Shown here in pieces: positions 11,801-23,809 of a stretch of DNA of 44,193 nucleotides (within the stretch, counting starts at the first letter, position 1; every line of letters begins with the position of its first letter). A model generated the notes under the pieces. That model was not told where the DNA came from and did no database searches. It saw only the letters and a list, made by a program, of their open reading frames with translations. The translations under genes and the position numbers were made by a program. The DNA lies in contig NC_068982.1 in assembly GCF_001194135.2 (NCBI RefSeq), forward strand, positions 106,841,364 through 106,885,556. The letters are read 5' to 3'. The DNA comes from Octopus bimaculoides. Taxonomy: Eukaryota.

Positions 11801-14741
11801 ACGGTGTACCTAGGGCAGGATATGAATGAACAAGAAGTGCAAAGGAATCATAAGAAAGTTAATGGAGAAAGTAATGTTTGTGTGTGGAAGATTAAAACAT
11901 GGGAAGTAAGTATCTCAAATGCTCAGGAGATTCCCAAAAGGTAGTAAATATTGGGTTGGCATGAAAGTAATTTCGGTTTTTTAGTTTGAAATAAAAGTCA
12001 TTTCTTTTCATACAAAGAATGAACTTTAATCAATTATATATTTCCTGTTTTGTTTGATGAGTTTTTGCCATCTTTCTGGCAACTTCATGTTTCCACGCTC
12101 ATAGAACTTCTGGTCCTTATCAGCCAAAAACTGAAGCAAGTGCAATTTCAGGTCATCATCATTATTGAAAGTTTTACCATTCAAAGAATTTTTCAAATTT
12201 CGAAATAAATGGTAATCTGATGGTGCAAGGTCAGGGCTATATGGTGGCTGTGACATCACTTCCCAAGTAAGCTCCAATAACTTTTTTACAAGTTAGCAAA
12301 GATGTGTGCGGTCTAGTGTTGTCATGATGGAACACAATTCCTTTATGATTTTCCAATTCTGGCTGTTTTTCTTTGATTGCTTCCTCCAGTTTCATTAGTT
12401 GTTGACAGTAAACATCTGAATTGATTGTTTGGTTCCTTGGAAGCAGCTCAAAATACACAACACCTTTTTAATCGCACCAAATTGACAGCATGACCTTTTT
12501 TTGATGCAATTCAGCTTTCAATGTGGTTTGTGCTGGTTCATTATACTTGAACCATGATCATTTTTGATTGATGTTATTGTAGACAATCCATTTTTCATCA
12601 CCAGTGATGATTCATTTCAAAAATGGTTGATTTCATTGCAATTGAGATGCATATTACAAATATTGATTCGTGTTAAGCGACTCTCTTTCAATTTGTGCAT
12701 AGCCCAAATATCGAGCTTCTTAACGAGTCCAAGACATTTTATGGCTTTGATTTGGTCATCATCAACTTCAGTAGGTCAACCAGAATGCTGGTCATCTTTG
12801 AGTGAATAATCTCCACAGCACTCACCACCATGGACAACAACCTTCCCCACCACTGCTGCTAACCTATAGCCAGTCTTCATTGTCCTCAATGTGACCTTTA
12901 CAGCACCAACTACACCAGTATTTGGGGAACTGCAACTACAAGCCAAAGCACCAGACTATCCAAAATGGCAGGATCTATGTAGATACACATTTCTTTGACT
13001 GTATTCTTCTTAAGATAGGCCTTTGCACCTGAACTATAAAGGTTTTTTTAAACTTTCTGCATTGTTAGAAGCTTCTTGATTTCTAATTTCATTCATTTTT
13101 CTACTTCTGCATTACAATGTTTCAAGCAAACTACAACACTCATAAACCAAAACAATATTTTTTTTGTTCATAAAACAATGGGTTATGTAGTAGTAAATGC
13201 TAAATATTTCAATGAATTAAAGTGGTCCATAAATCAAGTTCTTTGCTCTTGCCAGAAATAGTTGCCAAATCTTCCTCAAAGCACACCTGCCATTTAAAAA
13301 AAGAAAGAACATGTGTACTGTAGTCAGAGTCAGGAGGGCCACAGATGTTACACACTTGATCATATGCCATCTGGATCAGGATAACAACATCTACTTGTAT
13401 TTTCTAATCAAGATCCTTATGTCACTTTGAACATATTGTTTGTGTCAGAGTACATCAGAAAAATCATTTTAGAAAATAAGAATTAATGTTTAAATTAAAA
13501 CAGGCTCAACTTCTTTTTCTTTTTATTCACAAAGTTTTGTTATTCATTGGGTTGTAAGGTATAATGGAAAAAATAATGCAAGAAATAGAGGGATCCTTCC
13601 TTCTCTCAAAACTTCAAAAATATGCATGCACACACACTCCTAGGTTTTTGAGAAACACTTGTCCTTGCAATAAAACAATAGGAAATTATTCTGTATGAAT
13701 CTATAGCTAAATCAGTCATTCATTTCCAGTCATAGGTAAAAACTGTCAGCGATCAATTTATGAAAGTTTGTAATAAGTAAATCATCATCATCATTTAACT
13801 TCTGTTTTCCATCTGGCATGGTTTCTATGGCTGGATGCCCTTCCTGATGCCAACCACTTTACAGTATACTAGGTACTTTAATACTGCACCAGCATGGGTA
13901 TGTTTATGTGGCACCAGTATGGGTACTTTTTACATGGCACCAAATGTAATTAATGATTTCTATCAATGTAGCAAGATTACACATTTATTGTCATATAGTA
14001 TGGTTGGATCAACTCCAGTATATAATTGGTATTTATTTTATCTATGTCAAGGAAATAAAAGGAAAAACAAAGTTGAAGCCTAAATGATTTGAACATAGTA
14101 TGTAAATAGATGCAATTAAAAACTGGCGTTAAATTAATTCCTTACCAGAAAAATTTTGAGGATCACAAGTATAATATTGTTGCCAGTCAGATCCATAAGA
14201 AATATAGTTAAGATACCAGCATGAGGAAAGTAGTGTTTTATAACCCATGCTTGTAACCTTTGCTAATTCTTCCTTGAAGCCACTTTTCCAGACATGGACC
14301 ACAGTATCATTTTGAACCTGAATAGAAATTGTTCATGCATCAATGATTACGATTAGATATTTAAATCAAAGTAAAATGTTTTTATCTTACATAAGATGAA
14401 ATGAAATTAAATGAAAATAAAGGAGGAGGAAAAAGGAGGAAGGAAAGAGAGAGAAGGAGAGAAAGAGAAATTTATACAAACTGTAGCTTTGTTATCAATG
14501 ACTTCTTGCCAGATCAGATAGTGTTTATGGTTATATGCAACAAGGTCTAATAATCTGTAACATAAAGATAAAAACATTTGGTCAAGCATGTATAACAGAA
14601 AACAATAGTGATAAACAATTTACATTACTTATAGAGAAATATGTTTATCTACTGAGCGGAAATAATAGTATGTACAGCTCTGCATACACACAATGTAGAT
14701 GAGTATGCATTACACGCACTTATTTAAACATGTATCTATAA

Positions 14742-14791
<50 letters not shown>

Positions 14792-17700
14792 TTATATGCA
14801 TTTGTGTTCATATATGTTTATGCCACCTATGAAAATCGAGGCATATGGGTAACTATGATATCTATTTTTTAATTCAATAGTATTTTTTGGAGTCAGGTGA
14901 CTTATGATATATCTCATAAAATTTTCCCTTCTGAATCACATCAATTGATTGAGAAATCAATACACCAAAATGTCTACTTATAATCAGCTATTGTTTGTCA
15001 AGTTTCAATCAAAACATTACAGAGCTTTAAAGTTTGATCATTTTTACCCAATCAGAAAACAGGATTTGTACTTAATAGCTGTGATAAAATGAAAGTAAAT
15101 ATTAGAACACCGGGTTTTAAACAAAATGAAAGAAATGCATGAGAATTAATACATATACACAGAGTAAGTGTCAAGAGTATGGTAAATATAGAGAGATATA
15201 GATTGATCGTGATAGGTAAAGAGTGGGAAATTTTTCTTGAGGATGCACTGTATCAGAGCCTTTTGGAGCTAAACACACATACATAACCACATACACTTGC
15301 ATTTGTATAATAGACATAAGTTTTATCACATATACTGACCACTATATTGTGACCTATAATAGGAATTTCATGAACCCTACATGCAAACCTCATCACTTAA
15401 AGACAAAATATTGAGTCCTTTTAGTTTTATACAAGTAAGAAAATTAAATTGCATGAAAGATATATTGGAAGAGGTAACTGATAGTTATGTGACTGTTGTT
15501 TGCATGTGTGTGTATGTGTATGTGTGTGTGCATAATTATCATACCCAGTGTGGGTTATACAGTTTCAAAATGCCTCCAATTTTAGCCATATTTAAGAAAA
15601 AAATTACTCTTATACACTTACAGCTGCATGCACTCACTTCACTTAACTCTAATGGACACAGTTTTACTGTATATCTAGTTCCTGAAAATCATTTCCATCA
15701 TTGGTATGTGCATGTGCTTGTACATGTGTATGTGCTTGTGTGTATGCATGTAGTTCTTTTACAGTTATTATTTAATATTTAAGGCTCATTGAATCCATAA
15801 TTAATGATTTGACACAAACTGGATTGTTTGCATTTTGCATTCTGTATTATAATCTTTTTCTGTAGTTTGATTTTGTTAGTTGTTAATCTGTTACTGTTGT
15901 CATTGTTGTGCTTCCTGCTGCTATTTCTGCTGTTGTTGCATCTTCGACAATTTTTTATAATGAATTTATTCTTGTATCTGCATTGTGACATCTTCTCAGT
16001 TCTGTTTAAGAAACATATTCATTGCATAATTATATTATATTTTTCTGTGGTGCATAGTAGGCACATCCTAGAAGCATTATGCAAGGGACAATGCAATCTA
16101 TTATTGCCAAGTTTGTTATATTCATTTTTATGCATCCCTCTTTTAAGTCCCAAATGTGCTTTGATAGAGACACTGCATTTCTTCTATCTATGCTGTGAAA
16201 TAATAAGTGTAGTGTATATGTAGCCTTGAACAGTCTGCTTATTACTTCAGTGTAGTTTTTATTTGTCCTTCTTGTCATATTGCTTTGTAGATTACCTTTT
16301 TTTAAAGGCAGTTTTCATTTAACATGAATTATTCAAAACACTGCAGAACGTGTACCATCTATTTTACTCATCTTATTCATCATCCTCATATTCTTCAATC
16401 GTATATAAACAAATCAGACAAAACAAATTCGGCATGCTTGACTTCCATTCACAACCAATCCCTACATAACAGTGTACATGTAATTCAAGATCCTCCTCAA
16501 GCAGATCATATCCAGAGTGCTGGATCAAGAGATTACTTTAAAATGTTTTATTAGTAACTTTCTTGCTCTTACTCTGCACAAGTTAAGCTGATCAAGAATT
16601 ATTCATTATCAAGAACTAATAATATAAATACATGAAGAACTAAAGGTTATAAAACAACATTATGCAACATACAAAATACTTACTTCTCCATATAGTATTG
16701 TTCTAACTTATAATAAGATGTTCCAAATTTCATATTTTGCATGAATTTAGTAATATCAGGATTGCTTTTCCTATAAAAAGATAAAAACAAAGTTCAGAAT
16801 ATATTGTAGTAAATGATGATTTAGATAGGACCTGTCATCAACTATTAACAAATATGTGAGAGCTTCTAACAGCTTTGTCTTCTGTAATATAAATTTATTA
16901 ATATTCAAAACATTTTGTAAGAAGCACGCTAAGTAGATTCCAATATTAAATTATCAAAAAAGAAAGCTAATACTGAATATAAAGGATGTAGTATGATCCA
17001 TTAGAGAACAAATATTTATAACTTATAAGAAATTTCAGTAAGAGTCTTTTTGTTGATCTATTTTAAAATCTTATTGAATAGATGATACAAGCAAATGAAA
17101 AATATAAATTGCACAAAGAAAATCACTAAGATGCTAACATAATTTCTGCTTTGTATGCTTTCTGTATTCTAGTGTGTTAGCCAATTCATTATGATGTAAC
17201 AGGTCATATTCAACTTGTTTTACACTTGTCACTGCATATGTGAGGATTGGTTGAAAAATTCACAGGCTGACCAAGATTCTCTCATGGAATGTGATCAAAC
17301 GAGGTTTATTTTTCAACATAGTCCCCCTTGTAGTCCACACACTTCTTCCATCAGTGTTGCAGTGCTTGGATCCCATTAGTGAAGAAGCTTTCAGCAAAAA
17401 AGTTATCAACAGCAAATATGATGTCATCATCACTGCAATACTACTTCTCAGCCAAGTTTCGTTCTATGGTGGGGAATAGATGATAGTAAGATGGAACCAA
17501 ATCAGGAGAATAGGGTGGGTGATCAACCAGTTCAAAGCCAGTCACACACAGCAGCCTTTGAAAGAAAAGGACTTGTATGCTGGAGCATTATTCTGATGAA
17601 TTAAGACCCCTTTGTCAGTTTTCCTGAGAGTGAAGTGGGAGTTGATCTTGATAGCCTTTCATAACTGCCTTAGCAGTTTCTTTCTCTTTTGTCTCTCTCC

Positions 17701-20700
17701 CTCTCTCTCTTTGTCTATGATTAGAGCTCTATAGCTTAACAATTAGAATTATGAAATGATATATAGTAAAATGGGGTTCCTCTACAGGATGAAATGATAT
17801 ATAGTAAAATGGGGTTCCTCTACAGGATCTCTGAAGTTATATTACTTGACAAAGTATGCAGCCTGGAGATCAGGGAGTCTCTCTCCAGGTCAAGCTGCTA
17901 CTTCACTGCATTGTGAGGTCAAAGCTTCAATACTTGTGATTAGAATGTTACAAGAATCACAAAATAGATTCTTAAATCTAAACCAACTAGCAGAAGACCT
18001 AGGTATTAAGGGGGTTGGATAATATCCAAACACTTAGTTGGTTACATTTGGGAATCTAGCTGGAAAATTTAATGCTTTAGTTTCTTTTCTGATAGGACCC
18101 TAAGGAAGCAATGCCTGAGGACTCTACTCCTATGATCCCACTGCCAAGAATACTGGGCAATGAAAATAGATGGATATATATAAAGTAAAATTTTCTTCTT
18201 TTCCTCTTATTTTGGTTTAATTTATTCTCAACAGCATTACCATAGTTTTCCAAATCACTGTTGAAAAAAAATGTTACAAAAGACTGCAATTCAAATGAGA
18301 CATACCAAAATTATTAAAGAGCAAAACTTGAATTTAATATAAAACTATCAAACATGATTATGACAAACTGAACAACAATACTTACCAACAATCAAAGTTA
18401 ACCTCATCTCCCCCAGCATGGAAATATTTATCAGGAAACATCATGCTAATTTCATAAATAAACTTCTTCATAAAGGCATATGTAGAATTCAAAATTGGAT
18501 TGATAGGACCATATTTACCATTCTTAGACGAAGAATAGTAACATGGAGTAAGAAGTTCTTTCTGAGATTTACCCCAGGATAAAGTATGGCCTAAAAGAAA
18601 TGATTACATATAAACAGAAAATGCATGAATTTATGAATTCTACCAATAAATTTTAAAATCAAATTGATATGACAAAAACAAATTTAGGTAATCAGAATCT
18701 ATTTATCTAGCAGCAGCACCCACCATCATCATCATTTAATGTCTATGTTCCATGCTGGCATAGGTTGAGTGGTTTGATAGGATCCAATGAGTCCAAGGGC
18801 TGCAACATGTGCCAGTGTCGGCTTTGTCATGGTTTTTATAGTTGGGTACCCTTCCTAACACCAATCACTTTACAGAGTGTATTGGGTGCTTTTCTATGCC
18901 ACTGACAATAGTGAGGTTGTCATGCATCTTGCATGACTATGCCACCCAAAAAATAATCAAAATTTTTATTCATGATAATATCTGGCTTTTATTTCAGAAA
19001 GATCAACATGGCAAAGACAAAATCACAAGCAAATAGGGGAGAAGACAAAAGGTAAATGTTAACTGGGAAGTTAGTATTGTAATTTTGATACTTTTTGATT
19101 GATATTTAGGAAGGACATAATCAAGAATTTGATGTTGTGTTCAAAATGCAAGCAATGAGTACAAGAAAGATGCAGTGGGTCCCTGGCACTAACAGGTAAA
19201 AAAAAAGACTTCAGAGTTGATAGATTTTAGCATATGATGGGTTGTTGTATGAAATGCAATGCAATGTGGTTTAAGGCTTGTTAATGTTAAGTCTTTTGGT
19301 TAATATAAGTCAGGATAGATATCAATAAGAAAATACAAAGGCAAATTGAAGTTGACCACACTGCAACATTTATTACTGTTGCTAAAGTGAATAAAAGCAA
19401 ACTGATAGAACATGAATAATTGCCAAAGGTTTCTAAAAGTTGAAGATGAAATGTTGGAAAGACACAAAGCATAACATCAAGGATTCTGGATACAATTATG
19501 GTTTGCTGAAGCTGCAAATTGGAATACACTGCTCTCATTGTTGAAGATCCAAAACTTGCTCATAGCAAACTCACCTTCCTAAGGAATTAAGGAAGAAAAT
19601 CGTCCCTTAAATAACTGATGTTGAGACACTTGGCTAGTCTATCACGCTAAGGGATGGACAGTTTGTGTAAAGGTAAATGAACTTGACCATTATGTGATGA
19701 CCCAAAAATAGGTAACCAAAAGTCAAGAGCCACAATGTGGGTAGCCAAAGGTAAAGAGAGATCATGCTTCTGCTACAGCTGTATAGAAGTAGTTAGCGGA
19801 AGGCTCATCTATGAAATGAAGTCTACAAGTTGCTCAAATAACTCATAAGATGTAGTAAATAGTCTCTACAAGCTAGATGACTTGCCAAAAACACAAAAGC
19901 TACAATACAGAATTATAAGAAATTAGTCAGTTTTGGAAGTTGTAGTCTTTGTTGCTAACAAACAGTTCCTCACCATATGAAATGTAGAGTAAGAAGTGTG
20001 ATATTTCAAGTAGAGAAACATCTTTAATCCAGCAGAACATCTAGGATGTGACAACTGGGGTATTGAACTTATGAAATCTTACCCATTATAACTCTATATT
20101 TATACAGAAGCACAAAATACACAAGAAATAGCCATAAGTTTAGAATGAGTGTTCTTATAAAAGAGATATTATTCTAACATGAAGGCAGTACCTTAGCATG
20201 GTTTTAGCTATGACATCTAAAACAATATAAAGAATAGACATACAGCATAGTTATTAACCATTGGTAAACATGCAAACACACTCCTCACATACACAGGGAC
20301 TATTTGATGCACATGTTAGCAATCTCCAGCTAGTTGAACCATCACACATTCAATGACAATTTCATGAACATATACAAGAACATATAGACAACAATGACAC
20401 TCATAAAGAAATATCAAATTAGTCAATAGCAGTCACATAAAATACACATGCAAGTCAGTGAGTGTGTCTTTATGTAGTCAGCCAATCTACTACAAATAGC
20501 AGCCAAATCTCTCACTAATTACATGCTGTTATTTTGAAAATGGGTACACACATGAATAAGCAACCCTAGGTGGACAATGCTCTTGAGGTCATGATGATCA
20601 TCATTGGACTGTGGTATGCTCAGTTAGAGCTGAGAGCTAAACAGCAACAACAATACACACAACATGCATGTGTATACACACCCACTGTTTCATGCAGACT

Positions 20701-23700
20701 CATGAATGCATGTATATACAACAACACACACATATATACATTCTTACAGACACCATTTGTGATTTATGACTTATTTAAAAACACGTACCTGGTGTATCAA
20801 ATTCTGGCACCACTCTAATGCCTCGCAGACGAGCATATTCAACGATCTCCTTTACATCAGACTGGGTGTAAATATGTGTCAATGGGTTAAATGCTCCCTG
20901 TTAATGAAGTCAGAACAAAAATACAAAACATTATTATTGTTATTATTATTATTATTATTATTATTAAGGTGATGAACTGGAAGAATTATTAGCATGTCAG
21001 ACAAAATGCTTAGCAGTATTTTATCCGTCTTTACATATTGAGTTCAAATACTGCTGAGGTCAACTTTGCCTTTCATCCTTTCAGGGTCGATAAATTAAGT
21101 ACCAATCATTTATTATGGTCAATGTGATCAACTATCCCCCTCCCCACAAATTCCAGGCTTTGTGCCTATAGTAGAAAGTTTTATTAGGGTGATGAACTGG
21201 CAGAATCATTAACATACCAGACAAAATGCTAAGCAGCATTTTGACTGTCCTTACATATTGAGTTCAAATACTGCCGAGGTCAACTTTGCCTTTCATCCTT
21301 TAGGGGTAGACGAAATAAATACCAGTTGAACACTGAGGTTGATATCATCAACTAGCTCCCTCCCACAAAATTTTAGGCCTTGTGCCTATAGTGGAAAGGA
21401 TTATTATTTTTATTATTGTTTTGCTATTCTTCTCAAACACACAGATCTTTTACAGTTGGGTTGTGTATACTTATGCCTCAGCTCCTGCCAGCAGCTCAGA
21501 GTCATAACACCTTCCTAAGCACATGAGCTATTCCAAGCACTGCAGTTATTTCTGTACTGCCTAAAATATCTGGTATGTCAAAGATATCAGGTATTGTATC
21601 CAGATTCTTTGAAATTGTTCTGAGTGAAAAAGGGACATTTTTGATTGTTGCTTGATGTATTTCCTGTACTAAGCTTGCCAAATCCTGGCATTTTGTCAGC
21701 TCTCTGATAATTTGTTAGATAGGGACAAATGATCTCTTAAGTGATATGATCTCCTAACTCTGACTTCCAGTGCTGACGAGCTGGAAATTTCTAATTTCGC
21801 TTAGTTATTACAGAAGGACTTGATGTTTTTTTATTGAATTTTATGACCCGTCATAACATTTCTATTTAGATTATATACTCATGTGAGTCTTTGTGCACAG
21901 TTATGATATCAAGACAATTATGCTCCACACACCTGTCTGTAAAGACAGTCATGTTCCACATGACTTTCATTTGCTCATTCTCAACCAACGCCTGTGGAAT
22001 GTGGTCATATCATTTTTCTGTGCACTGAAGGTTGTATTTCTTGTAGAGTTTTAAGTACACTCTAAAAGAGACCTTGTCATATCGACATCTGTACTCCTTT
22101 TGTGCTAACTATGAGCAACCACTAACAAATATGATGTACACTTTCAATCTCCTGCTCACACTTTCTGCACAGTAGTGGTCGATTACTTGACCAAATTTGT
22201 TCTCAAGGCCTTTGGTCTATTTCTTCGGATACTCATTCTGCCACCATCTCCATGACTTAGGATCAGCCAGTTTTTGTGTTTCTTGCAAAAACACTCCATG
22301 CAATGGCTTCTCTTTCAACAATTCCACCACCACCTCCTCCTCATACACCCATTTCTTAGAAATCAACCAAAAAGTCTGTTTCTGCTATATACCTCCTCAT
22401 TCAATGCTGCTTTTTAAAATCCACTCGTGCCATAACTAAATACTCATCCAATTAAATCCAATCAGATCTTACATATTCCTCCAAACAATCAAGCTTTTTC
22501 CACCTTCATTATGGGGAAGATACAGCCTAGCTATATTATCGTGTGAATGAAAGCATCTTTCATGGTCATTATTCTTCTTGTCCTTCGATCTAAGCTGTTC
22601 AAGTTTTCCTTCAGCCATTCCACAATGCCTAACCATTCTTTACAACCCCCACTATCCAGGCATTAATGGCTTCAATCAAGTTACCCCCATTCAGCTTAGA
22701 TCTACGAAGTTTCTTCATGTGCCAAATGTACTCTTCTCTTATCCTGAAAGTACTCTTCTCTTATCTTGAATGTCTTCTTCTTATTATTATTATTATGATG
22801 GTGGTGGTGGTGGTGGTGGTGATGGTGGTGGTAGTGGCAAGCTAGCAGAATCGTTACTGCACTGGGAAAAATGCTTAGCAACTTTTTGTCCATCACTATG
22901 TTCCAAGTTCAAATTCCGCTGAGGTCAACTTTACCTTTCATCCTTTCAGGGTCAATAAAATAAGTATCAGTAGGACACTGGGGTTGGTGTAATTCACTTA
23001 TCCCCTCTCTGAGATTGCTGGCCTTGTGCCAAAATTTGAAATCATTGTTACTATCATTATTATTTGTAAGAATAAACCCCAGTAGTTGCTTTTTATAAGC
23101 TCTTCAAAGTTAAAGAAATTATTTAGACAATCACCTGAGGAGGTGTAGTTTACACCTTAGATTTAAGATAATGATTGCACAACATCTCACCTATGTACTT
23201 GTAGCGAGGCACAAAGAAGCCAGTGCCATTTTGAAACAGCAAGATCTTGCCTGTAACCATTGCCATATGAGAGGCAAAATCGAGATCTCGCCTGCAACCA
23301 TTATTTAAGGAAAAGACAACAAATTTTCCCTCTCATTCTTCTCACACTGACGCCAAGCAAGACATCGAAGCCAGGAGCTCACAGTGGACTTTTTTCCCAC
23401 TGTGATACCACATGCATTGTCTCCAGAGGTTACTGAACCTCATGTGTATGGGAGAGAAGGCTAACTATGCACTGCTGCGAAGATGGTTATTGAAAGCAAA
23501 CTCCTTGTATGAAACACCTGTGAATAAACGGTTATTGAATTTACTCTGCTTGAAAACTTCATTCTTTGTATTTCCAGCTCCTTGAATCAACAGAATAATT
23601 ATAATGGAAGAAGGAGATACCCCAAAAGTATCATAAAAACCTTCCTTCCATTATATACTAAAAGGTGTAAGAATGTGTTGAAACAATTGTAGCGATTTTA

Positions 23701-23740
23701 CATAAAGAATGTCATTAATTCCATTTATCATTTGTCTATT

Positions 23741-23809
<69 letters not shown>

